DNA of 64,000 nt from Escherichia coli. Its GTDB lineage: Bacteria > Pseudomonadota > Gammaproteobacteria > Enterobacterales > Enterobacteriaceae. The translations under genes were made by a program, and so were the position numbers. The stretch is from assembly GCF_003018255.1 (NCBI RefSeq), contig NZ_CP027440.1; one strand, 5' to 3'. Positions 55,082 to 64,000 of the stretch are shown piece by piece (position 1 is the first letter of the stretch; each line of letters begins with the position of its first letter). The notes under the pieces are model-generated. The model did not search any database, was not told where the DNA came from, and saw only the letters and a list, made by a program, of their open reading frames with translations.

Positions 55082-57838
55082 ATGACCAACTACAGCCTGC
55101 GCGCACGCATGATGATTCTGATCCTGGCACCGACCGTCCTTATTGGTTTATTGCTGAGTATCTTTTTCGTCGTGCATCGCTATAACGACTTGCAGCGTCA
55201 ACTGGAAGATGCCGGTGCCAGCATTATTGAGCCGCTTGCAGTTTCTACTGAATATGGCATGAGTCTGCAAAATCGCGAATCTATCGGTCAGTTAATAAGC
55301 GTACTGCATCGTCGCCATTCTGATATTGTTCGCGCGATTTCGGTTTATGATGAAAATAACCGACTCTTTGTCACCTCCAATTTTCATCTTGATCCCTCAT
55401 CAATGCAGCTCGGCAGCAACGTGCCGTTTCCTCGCCAGCTCACTGTCACTCGTGACGGCGATATAATGATCCTCCGCACGCCGATTATTTCTGAAAGTTA
55501 CTCCCCCGACGAATCGCCCAGTAGCGATGCCAAAAATAGTCAAAATATGCTGGGATATATTGCGCTGGAGCTGGATCTTAAATCGGTTCGCTTGCAGCAA
55601 TATAAAGAGATCTTTATTTCCAGCGTGATGATGCTGTTTTGTATCGGTATTGCGCTTATTTTTGGCTGGCGCTTAATGCGCGATGTAACCGGTCCGATTC
55701 GCAACATGGTGAATACCGTCGACCGCATCCGTCGCGGGCAACTCGACAGCCGGGTGGAAGGTTTTATGCTCGGCGAACTGGATATGCTGAAAAACGGTAT
55801 CAACTCGATGGCAATGTCGCTGGCGGCTTATCACGAAGAGATGCAACACAATATCGACCAGGCGACGTCCGATCTGCGTGAGACGCTGGAGCAAATGGAG
55901 ATTCAGAACGTTGAGTTGGATCTGGCGAAAAAGCGCGCCCAGGAAGCGGCGCGTATTAAATCCGAGTTTCTGGCAAATATGTCACACGAGCTGCGTACAC
56001 CACTGAATGGTGTTATTGGCTTTACCCGCCTGACGCTGAAAACAGAATTAACACCAACGCAGCGCGATCACCTGAATACGATTGAACGTTCGGCAAATAA
56101 TTTGCTGGCAATTATTAATGATGTTCTCGACTTCTCGAAACTGGAAGCCGGTAAGCTGATTCTGGAAAGTATTCCATTCCCACTACGCAGCACGCTGGAT
56201 GAAGTCGTTACCCTGCTGGCACATTCTTCTCACGATAAAGGGCTGGAACTGACGCTCAATATTAAAAGCGACGTGCCTGATAACGTGATCGGCGACCCAC
56301 TACGATTACAGCAAATCATCACTAACCTGGTAGGGAATGCAATTAAATTCACCGAGAATGGCAACATTGATATTCTGGTAGAAAAACGTGCGCTGAGTAA
56401 TACCAAAGTGCAAATTGAAGTGCAGATTCGGGATACCGGCATTGGTATTCCTGAACGCGATCAATCGCGCTTATTCCAGGCCTTCAGACAGGCTGATGCC
56501 AGTATTTCCCGCCGTCATGGTGGCACCGGGCTGGGGCTGGTGATTACACAAAAACTGGTTAATGAAATGGGCGGCGATATTTCGTTCCATAGCCTGCCGA
56601 ATCGTGGTTCAACTTTCTGGTTCCACATTAATCTCGATCTGAACCCGAACATTATTATCGAAGGGCCATCCACCCAGTGCCTCGCTGGTAAGCGCCTGGC
56701 CTATGTCGAACCAAACTCCGCAGCAGCACAATGCACGCTGGATATTTTAAGTGAAACGCCGCTGGAAGTGGTTTATAGCCCAACGTTCTCCGCGCTGCCT
56801 CCCGCGCATTACGACATGATGTTATTAGGCATAGCGGTGACCTTCCGCGAGCCGCTAACAATGCAACATGAGCGATTAGCGAAAGCAGTATCGATGACCG
56901 ATTTCCTGATGCTGGCACTTCCTTGCCATGCACAAGTCAATGCTGAAAAACTTAAGCAAGATGGTATCGGCGCGTGTCTGCTGAAACCATTAACACCTAC
57001 GCGCCTGTTGCCTGCCCTGACGGAATTTTGTCATCACAAACAAAACACGCTTTTGCCTGTAACCGATGAAAGTAAGCTGGCAATGACAGTCATGGCGGTT
57101 GATGACAACCCCGCTAACCTGAAACTTATCGGCGCATTGCTGGAAGATATGGTGCAACATGTGGAACTTTGCGATAGCGGGCATCAGGCGGTTGAACGGG
57201 CGAAACAGATGCCGTTCGATTTAATCTTAATGGATATTCAAATGCCGGACATGGACGGCATTCGGGCATGTGAGCTCATCCACCAGCTCCCGCATCAGCA
57301 GCAAACGCCGGTTATCGCGGTAACGGCGCATGCGATGGCCGGGCAAAAAGAGAAACTGCTTGGCGCGGGGATGAGTGATTATCTGGCCAAACCGATCGAA
57401 GAAGAGCGATTGCATAATTTGCTGTTGCGCTACAAGCCTGGCAGCGGTATTTCCTCTCGCGTCGTGACGCCCGAAGTCAACGAAATTGTGGTCAACCCGA
57501 ATGCGACCCTCGACTGGCAACTGGCACTACGCCAGGCAGCAGGAAAAACCGATTTAGCGCGCGATATGCTGCAAATGTTACTCGATTTCCTGCCTGAAGT
57601 TCGCAACAAAGTTGAGGAACAGCTGGTTGGAGAAAACCCGGAAGGCCTGGTTGATTTGATTCATAAACTGCATGGCAGTTGCGGCTATAGCGGTGTACCG
57701 CGTATGAAGAATCTCTGCCAACTGATCGAACAACAGCTACGTAGCGGTACTAAAGAAGAAGATTTAGAGCCGGAGCTGCTGGAACTGTTGGACGAGATGG
57801 ATAATGTAGCGCGCGAAGCCAGCAAAATTCTCGGGTAA
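55082..57838 (+). CDS. barA: hybrid sensor histidine kinase BarA (HAMP, HisKA, HATPase, receiver, HPt)
   Basis: 918-aa ORF with H-box [10 protein letters not shown] and receiver and HPt domains. Confidence 0.98.
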   Translation: MTNYSLRARMMILILAPTVLIGLLLSIFFVVHRYNDLQRQLEDAGASIIEPLAVSTEYGMSLQNRESIGQLISVLHRRHSDIVRAISVYDENNRLFVTSNFHLDPSSMQLGSNVPFPRQLTVTRDGDIMILRTPIISESYSPDESPSSDAKNSQNMLGYIALELDLKSVRLQQYKEIFISSVMMLFCIGIALIFGWRLMRDVTGPIRNMVNTVDRIRRGQLDSRVEGFMLGELDMLKNGINSMAMSLAAYHEEMQHNIDQATSDLRETLEQMEIQNVELDLAKKRAQEAARIKSEFLANMSHELRTPLNGVIGFTRLTLKTELTPTQRDHLNTIERSANNLLAIINDVLDFSKLEAGKLILESIPFPLRSTLDEVVTLLAHSSHDKGLELTLNIKSDVPDNVIGDPLRLQQIITNLVGNAIKFTENGNIDILVEKRALSNTKVQIEVQIRDTGIGIPERDQSRLFQAFRQADASISRRHGGTGLGLVITQKLVNEMGGDISFHSLPNRGSTFWFHINLDLNPNIIIEGPSTQCLAGKRLAYVEPNSAAAQCTLDILSETPLEVVYSPTFSALPPAHYDMMLLGIAVTFREPLTMQHERLAKAVSMTDFLMLALPCHAQVNAEKLKQDGIGACLLKPLTPTRLLPALTEFCHHKQNTLLPVTDESKLAMTVMAVDDNPANLKLIGALLEDMVQHVELCDSGHQAVERAKQMPFDLILMDIQMPDMDGIRACELIHQLPHQQQTPVIAVTAHAMAGQKEKLLGAGMSDYLAKPIEEERLHNLLLRYKPGSGISSRVVTPEVNEIVVNPNATLDWQLALRQAAGKTDLARDMLQMLLDFLPEVRNKVEEQLVGENPEGLVDLIHKLHGSCGYSGVPRMKNLCQLIEQQLRSGTKEEDLEPELLELLDEMDNVAREASKILG

Positions 57839-57911
57839 TGGACGTCTTGTCGAGTAGCAACCGGATTTTTATGACGCTGGTTTCAGATTGGTGACAAGTG
57901 CCTGTGTTTAT

Positions 57912-57944
57912 GCCGGATGCGGCGTTAACGCCTTATCCGGCCTG
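57912..57944. repeat. REP element downstream of barA
   Basis: GCCGGATGCGGCGTTAACGCCTTATCCGGCCTG matches the REP consensus. Confidence 0.75.
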
Positions 57945-58030
57945 CAAAACCAATTAAATTCAATGAATTAAAAAATGATGTAGCCCTGATACGTAGCGCA
58001 ACAGGCAATTTTGCGTTTGGCATCAGTCTC

Positions 58031-58066
58031 AAACCGGCTCCAGATAGAGCCGGTTTTGGTTTTCTG
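58031..58066 (+). terminator. intrinsic terminator between barA and the gudD 3' end
   Basis: Stem AAACCGGCTC/GAGCCGGTTT with loop CAGATA, followed by TTTTGGTTTTCTGTCTT. Confidence 0.6.
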
Positions 58067-58068
58067 TC

Positions 58069-59409
58069 TTAACGCACCATGCACGGACGCTTGTTATCGA
58101 ACGTCCAGCCGGGGATCAGGTACTGCATTCCCATCGCATCGTCACGCGCGCCAAGCCCGTGTTTCTGATACAGCTCGTGCGCTTTCATCACTTGATCCAT
58201 ATCGATTTCTACACCCAGCCCCGGTTTTTCTGGCACCTGAACCAGACCGCCTTTGATCTCTAACGGTTCTTTGGTCAGGCGCTGATTACCTTCCTGCCAG
58301 ATCCAGTGCGTATCAATCGCGGTGATTTTACCCGGTGCGGCAGCGGCAACATGGGTAAACATCGCCAGGGAAATATCGAAGTGGTTGTTGGAGTGTGAAC
58401 CCCAGGTCAGGCCAAATTCATGACACATTTGCGCCACACGTACCGAACCTTGCATCGTCCAGAAATGCGGATCCGCAAGCGGGATATCAACGGATTGCAA
58501 CGAGAGCGTATGGCCCATCTGCCGCCAGTCGGTGGCGATCATATTGGTTGCGGTCGGCAGGCCAGTTGCGCGACGGAACTCTGCCATCACTTCACGCCCG
58601 GAGAAACCTTGCTCCGCACCACACGGATCTTCTGCATAAGCCAGCGAACCTTTCAGGTATGTACCGATTTTAATCGCTTCTTTCAGCGACCAGGCACCGT
58701 TAGGATCGAGCGTAATACGCGCCTGCGGGAAACGTTGCGCCAGTGCCACAATAGATTCGGCTTCTTCTTCCCCGGCCAGTACACCGCCTTTCAGTTTGAA
58801 ATCGTTGAAGCCATATTTTTCATACGCCGCTTCCGCCAGGCGCACCACCGCATCCGGCGTCATCGCTTCTTCATGACGCAGGCGATACCAGTCGCATGAG
58901 TCATCCGGCTGGCTTTGATACGGCAGCGGTGTAGCTTTGCGATTGCCGACGAAGAACAGATAACCGAGCATTTCGACTTCGCTACGCTGTTGACCATCGC
59001 CCAGCAGCGATGCCACGTTTACCCCCAGATGCTGCCCCAGCAGATCCAGCATTGCCGCTTCTATCCCGGTAACTACATGAATAGTGGTACGCAAATCAAA
59101 TGTCTGCAAACCGCGCCCACCGGCATCACGATCGGCAAAAGTATTACGCACCAGCGTCAGAACGTTTTTGTATTCACCCAGCGTTTTACCCACCACCAGC
59201 GGAATCGCATCTTCCAGCGTTTTACGGATTTTCTCGCCGCCGGGAATTTCCCCTACGCCAGTGTGACCGGAATTATCTTTGATAATCACAATATTACGCG
59301 TGAAGAACGGTGCATGTGCACCACTCAGATTCATCAGCATACTGTCATGACCCGCCACCGGGATGACCTGCATTTCAGTAACAACAGGCGTCGTAAATTG
59401 AGAACTCAT
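58069..59409 (-). CDS. gudD: glucarate dehydratase
   Basis: Start at [23 protein letters not shown], giving 446 aa; enolase superfamily; paralogous to the upstream gene. Confidence 0.95.
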   Translation of the reverse strand: MSSQFTTPVVTEMQVIPVAGHDSMLMNLSGAHAPFFTRNIVIIKDNSGHTGVGEIPGGEKIRKTLEDAIPLVVGKTLGEYKNVLTLVRNTFADRDAGGRGLQTFDLRTTIHVVTGIEAAMLDLLGQHLGVNVASLLGDGQQRSEVEMLGYLFFVGNRKATPLPYQSQPDDSCDWYRLRHEEAMTPDAVVRLAEAAYEKYGFNDFKLKGGVLAGEEEAESIVALAQRFPQARITLDPNGAWSLKEAIKIGTYLKGSLAYAEDPCGAEQGFSGREVMAEFRRATGLPTATNMIATDWRQMGHTLSLQSVDIPLADPHFWTMQGSVRVAQMCHEFGLTWGSHSNNHFDISLAMFTHVAAAAPGKITAIDTHWIWQEGNQRLTKEPLEIKGGLVQVPEKPGLGVEIDMDQVMKAHELYQKHGLGARDDAMGMQYLIPGWTFDNKRPCMVR

Positions 59410-59429
59410 ATTTATGTCCTTTTTCAGAA

Positions 59430-60770
59430 TCAATGACGGCCGAAAACGGGACGTTTACGGTCAAAGGTCCAGCCGGGGATCAGGTACTGCATCGGGCCTG
59501 CGTCGTTACGCGCACCGCCAGGCAGACGTTTATAGGCCTCATGTGCCTTTTGTACCTGTTCCCAGTCCAGTTCCACGCCCAGACCGGGCGCATCAGGAAC
59601 GGCAATTTTTCCGTTTTTAATCTCCAGCGGATTTTTGGTCAGACGACAATCGCCCTCCTGCCAAATCCAGTGGGTATCGATAGCGGTAGGATTACCCGGT
59701 GCCGCCGCGCCCACATGGGTAAACATCGCCAGAGAGATATCAAAGTGGTTATTAGAATGGCAGCCCCAGGTCAGCCCCCAGTCGTCGCAAAGTTGTGCCA
59801 CGCGGACTGCACCGGAAAGCGTCCAGAAGTGCGGATCGGCAAGTGGAATATCTACCGCATTGAGCATCACCGCATGACCCATTTCGCGCCAGTTGGTGGC
59901 GATCATGTTGGTCGCGACGGGCAAGCCGGTCGCCCGTCGAAACTCCGCCATCACTTCACGACCGGAGAAACCCTGCTCAGCGCCGCACGGGTCTTCCGCA
60001 TAGGTAAGAACATCATTCAGCCCTTTGCACAGAGAAATGGCTTCATCAAGCAGCCAGGCACCATTGGGATCAACGGTAATCCGCGCATCAGGGAAGCGTT
60101 TCTTCAATGCACGAACAGTGTCGATTTCTTGCTCGCCAGGTAACACGCCACCCTTAAGTTTGAAATCTTTAAAGCCATAGCGATCCTGTGAGGCTTCCGC
60201 CAGACGCACAACGGCTTCGCTGTTCATCGCTTTCTGATGCCGCAACTGATACCACTCATGGTTGCCCGGCGTATTTTCCAGATAAGGAAGATCGGTTTTG
60301 GTCCGATCACCGATATAAAACAGATAACCGAGAACGGTAATAGCATCACGTTGCTTGCCTGGCCCTAACAGTTCGCAGACCGGAACATTCAGCGCCTGAC
60401 CTAACAGGTCAAGCAAAGCGGCTTCCAGCGCCGCCACGGCATTAACGCGCAATTCAAAAGTCCAGGCACCTTTGCCGAAGGTATCAAAATCGGCTGCCTG
60501 ATTACCTTTATGCACCTGCTGAACCACTTTATTCAGGCGCGCAACTTCCTGGCCCAGCACCATCGGAATAGCCTCGACCAGTGTTTGATAAATCACCTCT
60601 CCGCCCGGCGCTTCACCAATGCCGGTATGCCCGGCGTTATCGGTGAGTACCACAATATTGCGGGTGAAATATGCGTTATGTGCACCACCAATATTAAGCA
60701 ACATGCTGTCATGTCCGGCGACCGGAATGACTTTCATATCAGTAATAACAGGACTGGATTGTGTCGTCAT
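59430..60770 (-). CDS. gudX: glucarate dehydratase-related protein
   Basis: 446-aa paralog with N-terminus [22 protein letters not shown]. Confidence 0.95.
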   Translation of the reverse strand: MTTQSSPVITDMKVIPVAGHDSMLLNIGGAHNAYFTRNIVVLTDNAGHTGIGEAPGGEVIYQTLVEAIPMVLGQEVARLNKVVQQVHKGNQAADFDTFGKGAWTFELRVNAVAALEAALLDLLGQALNVPVCELLGPGKQRDAITVLGYLFYIGDRTKTDLPYLENTPGNHEWYQLRHQKAMNSEAVVRLAEASQDRYGFKDFKLKGGVLPGEQEIDTVRALKKRFPDARITVDPNGAWLLDEAISLCKGLNDVLTYAEDPCGAEQGFSGREVMAEFRRATGLPVATNMIATNWREMGHAVMLNAVDIPLADPHFWTLSGAVRVAQLCDDWGLTWGCHSNNHFDISLAMFTHVGAAAPGNPTAIDTHWIWQEGDCRLTKNPLEIKNGKIAVPDAPGLGVELDWEQVQKAHEAYKRLPGGARNDAGPMQYLIPGWTFDRKRPVFGRH

Positions 60771-60771
60771 C

Positions 60772-62124
60772 TTATTGCCCCGCGACAGGTTTCAGCTCAA
60801 TACGCTTGATATCGCCCACCAGCACCAGGTAGCTGAGTACCGCGATTAAGGCATGAACACCAACATAAATCAGCGCCCCATTAAAGGAGCCAGTCGTGCC
60901 AACGATATAACCAATTGCGATTGGCGTGACGATGCCAGAAATGTTACCAAACATGTTGAACAGGCCACCGGAAAGACCGCTGATCTCTTTTGGCGCAGTA
61001 TCAGCCATTACAGCCCAACCCAGCGCCCCGATCCCCTTACCGAAGAAGGCCAGCGCCATAAAGCCGATGATCATCCACTCAACGTTGACGTAGTTGCAGA
61101 ACACCATCACCATCGACAACAACATGCCCATCACGATCGGTGTTTTACGCGCAATGTTCAGTGAACCCGTGCGACGCATCAGCCAGTCGGAAATAATCCC
61201 ACCCAGCACACCGCCGATAAAACCGCAAACCGCCGGAACGGAAGCCACAAAGCCCGCTTTCAGAATCGACATCCCGCGCGCCTGCACCAGATAAACCGGG
61301 AACCAGGTAATGAAAAAGTAAGTCAGGGCGTTGATACAGTACTGACCGATATAAACGCCGATCATCATCCGTGACCCGAGCAGCTGTTTGATCTGCCCCC
61401 ACTTCACGCTGAACGGCACTTTAACTTTGGTGTTTTGCTGATCCATATTGATCAGCGCGCCACCCGCGGCGATGTACTCCAGCTCTTTCTGATTTACGCC
61501 CGGATGTTGATTTGGCTCGTGGATGACTTTCAACCAGATAAAGCTGATGACAATGCCCAGACCGCCCATAAAGAAGAAGACGTGTGACCAGCCCACTTCA
61601 TGAGTTAGCCAGCCCATAATCGGCGCGAAGATAACCGTTGCGAAGTATTGGGCGGAGTTAAAAATCGACACCGCCGTTCCCCTTTCCTGCGCCGGAAACC
61701 AGGCCGCAACAATGCGGCTGTTGCCAGGGAAAGATGGCGCTTCAGCAAGCCCGACCAGGAAGCGCAGTGTAAACAGGGCAACGATAATGCCGAATCCACT
61801 AAAGATATCGACGAAGCCTTGCAGCAAGGTAAACATCGACCAGATAAAGATCGACCAGAAGTAGACGCGTTTTGAACCAAAACGATCCAGCAACCAGCCA
61901 CCAGGGATCTGCCCGATAACATACGCCCATGAGAAGGCAGAGAACACATAGCCCATTCCCACGGGATCAAGGCCGATATCTTTGGCCATTTCCGAACCGG
62001 CAATAGAAAGCGTAGCGCGGTCGCCGTAGTTGAAGGATGTGACGATAAACAACATCACCACTATCCAGTAACGAGCATTCGTGCGTTTTTCCACACTGCT
62101 CGCAGCCTGACTTAAAGAACTCAT
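60772..62124 (-). CDS. gudP: glucarate/galactarate MFS transporter
   Basis: 450-aa hydrophobic ORF, first gene of the gudPXD operon. Confidence 0.95.
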   Translation of the reverse strand: MSSLSQAASSVEKRTNARYWIVVMLFIVTSFNYGDRATLSIAGSEMAKDIGLDPVGMGYVFSAFSWAYVIGQIPGGWLLDRFGSKRVYFWSIFIWSMFTLLQGFVDIFSGFGIIVALFTLRFLVGLAEAPSFPGNSRIVAAWFPAQERGTAVSIFNSAQYFATVIFAPIMGWLTHEVGWSHVFFFMGGLGIVISFIWLKVIHEPNQHPGVNQKELEYIAAGGALINMDQQNTKVKVPFSVKWGQIKQLLGSRMMIGVYIGQYCINALTYFFITWFPVYLVQARGMSILKAGFVASVPAVCGFIGGVLGGIISDWLMRRTGSLNIARKTPIVMGMLLSMVMVFCNYVNVEWMIIGFMALAFFGKGIGALGWAVMADTAPKEISGLSGGLFNMFGNISGIVTPIAIGYIVGTTGSFNGALIYVGVHALIAVLSYLVLVGDIKRIELKPVAGQ

Positions 62125-62449
62125 TGTTGCACTCCTGAAAATTCGCGTTAGCCACGCTCACTCTGGACTGCGACATCGCCAGGAAATCAGAGGTGACGTA
62201 GGGTGTTTTTTGCCGTTTTTATAGGTCGTTCGCCGAATACGGCGCGTGTTTATATCTGGCAATAGCAGTATAAAAAGCGCGCCATAGCGGCTCACCGTGC
62301 AACAACACAACATTAATGCGTTCAATGAGGCCCGATTTTGGCATTAGCCCTGGACGGTGGAATCCACTTCACGGAAATGAAAACAAGAACAAGAAAGGAA
62401 GGGTTAAAACGAAGAAATAAAGAAGAGTATGAAATGGATCGCTTGACTC

Positions 62450-62506
62450 CAGGCAAACGCCAGTAAAAATCCGCGCTATGAAGCAGTTTTTACTGGCATT
62501 TGCCTG
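62450..62506. other. 20-nt imperfect inverted repeat in the gudP-yqcA intergenic region
   Basis: CAGGCAAACGCCAGTAAAAA ... TTTTTACTGGCATTTGCCTG separated by 17 nt; no U-tract on either side. Confidence 0.4.
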
Positions 62507-62558
62507 AAAAGATTCGATTCAGCACCGCTAAAACGGCATTTACCGCTCGCTGAACATA

Positions 62559-63008
62559 TCAGGACAACATCGTGCCCCAATGTTCGACCCACGGATTTGA
62601 TTCCGTTTCCGGTTCCGGGTTCTCACTGGCGTCAATCAACAGCATTTCGCCAACCCGCTGAGCGCTCTGTTCCTGCAACAAGGCATCGAACTGTTTGCCA
62701 CTATTGCAGAAATTCACATAACTACTGTCGCCGAGCGCAATCACGCCATAACGCAGATTCGGCTGGAAGCCCAGGGTATCTTTAATTCCCTGAAAGAGCG
62801 GCACAATGCTATCAGGAAGGTCGCCCTGCCCGGTCGTGGACGTAACCACCAGAACATACTTATCCTGATAGGGCAGCCAGTCGCTTAATTCAGGATCTTC
62901 AAATACCGTTGCTTTGTGGCCCTGCGCGGTCAGAATTGCTTCCGCTTCTTCCGCCACTAACAGCGAATTTCCGTACATAGTGCCGACAAAAATACCAATT
63001 TCCGCCAT
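62559..63008 (-). CDS. yqcA: flavodoxin
   Basis: 149-aa ORF with N-terminus [15 protein letters not shown]. Confidence 0.9.
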   Translation of the reverse strand: MAEIGIFVGTMYGNSLLVAEEAEAILTAQGHKATVFEDPELSDWLPYQDKYVLVVTSTTGQGDLPDSIVPLFQGIKDTLGFQPNLRYGVIALGDSSYVNFCNSGKQFDALLQEQSAQRVGEMLLIDASENPEPETESNPWVEHWGTMLS

Positions 63009-63025
63009 ACCGTTTTCTCCCTGGA

Positions 63026-63808
63026 TTAGGAACTTATCTCTCCATCCTGACCCGATGGCGCACTGAACTCAACCCTTTCATTTTCAGGAAGCAGACCCCG
63101 CCAGCCAAATTGTGATAACGCCTGCATCCAGGTGTCGTCCAGGCCCGCGTGAATAGTCAGTGGCTCGCCAGTAAAAGGATGCGTCAATGACAACTGACTG
63201 GCATGCAGCATTAACCGCTGAAGGCCAAAATGTTCAGCACCGCTGCGATTCTGGCGTAAATCACCATGTTTGCTGTCGCCAATAATCGGGTGGCGCAAAT
63301 GGGCAAGATGGCGACGGAGCTGGTGCTTACGTCCGGTTTTCGGCTCCAGTTCCACCAGGCCGTAGCGCGTGGTCGGGTAACGTCCGGTCGCTACCAGCAT
63401 TTCTACGGTCGCCAGACCGCGATAATGCGTCACTGCTGGCTGCGGGCCTTTATCTTCGCGGGCAAATTTATCAGCGATTTTGTCCAGTTCTTCCACCAGT
63501 GGATAATCCAGCACCGCTTCTTCCATCAACCAGCCGCGCACAATCGCATGGTAACGTTTCTGGATTTGGTGCTGTTCAAACTGTTGTGCCAGCAGCCGTC
63601 CGGCCTCGCTGGATAATCCCATCAACAACACACCAGAAGTGGGTCGGTCCAGACGATGAGCAGTAAACACATGCTGGCCTATCAGGTCACGCACGGTTTG
63701 CATGACCACTACTTTCTCGTCGCGATCCAGCCAGCTGCGGTGAACCAGCCAGCCGGAGGGTTTATTTACCGCAACCAGCCATTCATCCTGATAGAGTATT
63801 TCCAGCAT
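63026..63808 (-). CDS. truC: tRNA pseudouridine(65) synthase TruC (RluA family)
   Basis: 260-aa ORF with RluA-family catalytic region HRLDRPTSG. Confidence 0.95.
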   Translation of the reverse strand: MLEILYQDEWLVAVNKPSGWLVHRSWLDRDEKVVVMQTVRDLIGQHVFTAHRLDRPTSGVLLMGLSSEAGRLLAQQFEQHQIQKRYHAIVRGWLMEEAVLDYPLVEELDKIADKFAREDKGPQPAVTHYRGLATVEMLVATGRYPTTRYGLVELEPKTGRKHQLRRHLAHLRHPIIGDSKHGDLRQNRSGAEHFGLQRLMLHASQLSLTHPFTGEPLTIHAGLDDTWMQALSQFGWRGLLPENERVEFSAPSGQDGEISS

Positions 63809-64000
63809 TAGCTCGCATCATCCGCAAAAAGAGCATCCAGTTTTTCCAGCTCAGCCAGAATAAGCGCGCGTTGCGGATGATCAGTCGCCAGCGCCATTTC
63901 ATAATAGGGTGCAACGGCAAAAGCGCCCGGTAACGGCTGGTTGTTATCTAACAAATCGTGCATTCGCGGGATCAGCACCCACTGCAACCACTCCAGTGGT
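63808..64000 (-). CDS. 3' part of the gene upstream of truC (yqcC-like, DUF446), partial; start beyond the window end
   Basis: Minus-strand frame open to the window end, ending ...LEKLDALFADDAS, with the stop overlapping the truC start (TAATG). Identity is inferred from gene order. Confidence 0.5.
   Translation of the reverse strand, partial: PLEWLQWVLIPRMHDLLDNNQPLPGAFAVAPYYEMALATDHPQRALILAELEKLDALFADDAS

Overview
This window reads as an Escherichia coli-type chromosomal segment running from the mutS-rpoS region to gudP-yqcC. Gene order and protein lengths match the well-known E. coli layout; all identifications are from reading the translations and from remembered gene order, with no database search run. 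It contains a complete type I-E CRISPR-Cas locus (cas3, casABCDE, cas1, cas2) on the minus strand, with a 14-spacer array next to cas2, plus a 5-spacer orphan array and a degenerate array remnant about 25 kb away between ygcE and queE. The rest is housekeeping and metabolic genes: ygbJKLMN, rpoS-nlpD-pcm-surE-truD-ispFD-ftsB, cysCND, iap, cysHIJ, queD, the cryptic ygcNOPQR-ygcS-ygcU-ygcW-yqcE-ygcE cluster, queE, ygcG, eno, pyrG, mazG, relA, rlmD, barA, gudPXD, yqcA and truC. I did not find a clearly new multi-gene system. The observations most worth follow-up are: (1) a solitary CRISPR-repeat-like hairpin in the cas3-casA intergenic region, in antisense orientation, whose stem is preserved by compensatory changes; (2) relA and mazG are only 95 bp apart, so the mazEF toxin-antitoxin pair expected here is absent; (3) a UbiX/UbiD-type decarboxylase island with a MarR regulator sits between ygbN and rpoS; (4) a strong intrinsic terminator lies about 30 nt upstream of the ygcW start codon on the same strand. 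CDS coordinates include the stop codon; several starts were moved inward from the longest ORF.
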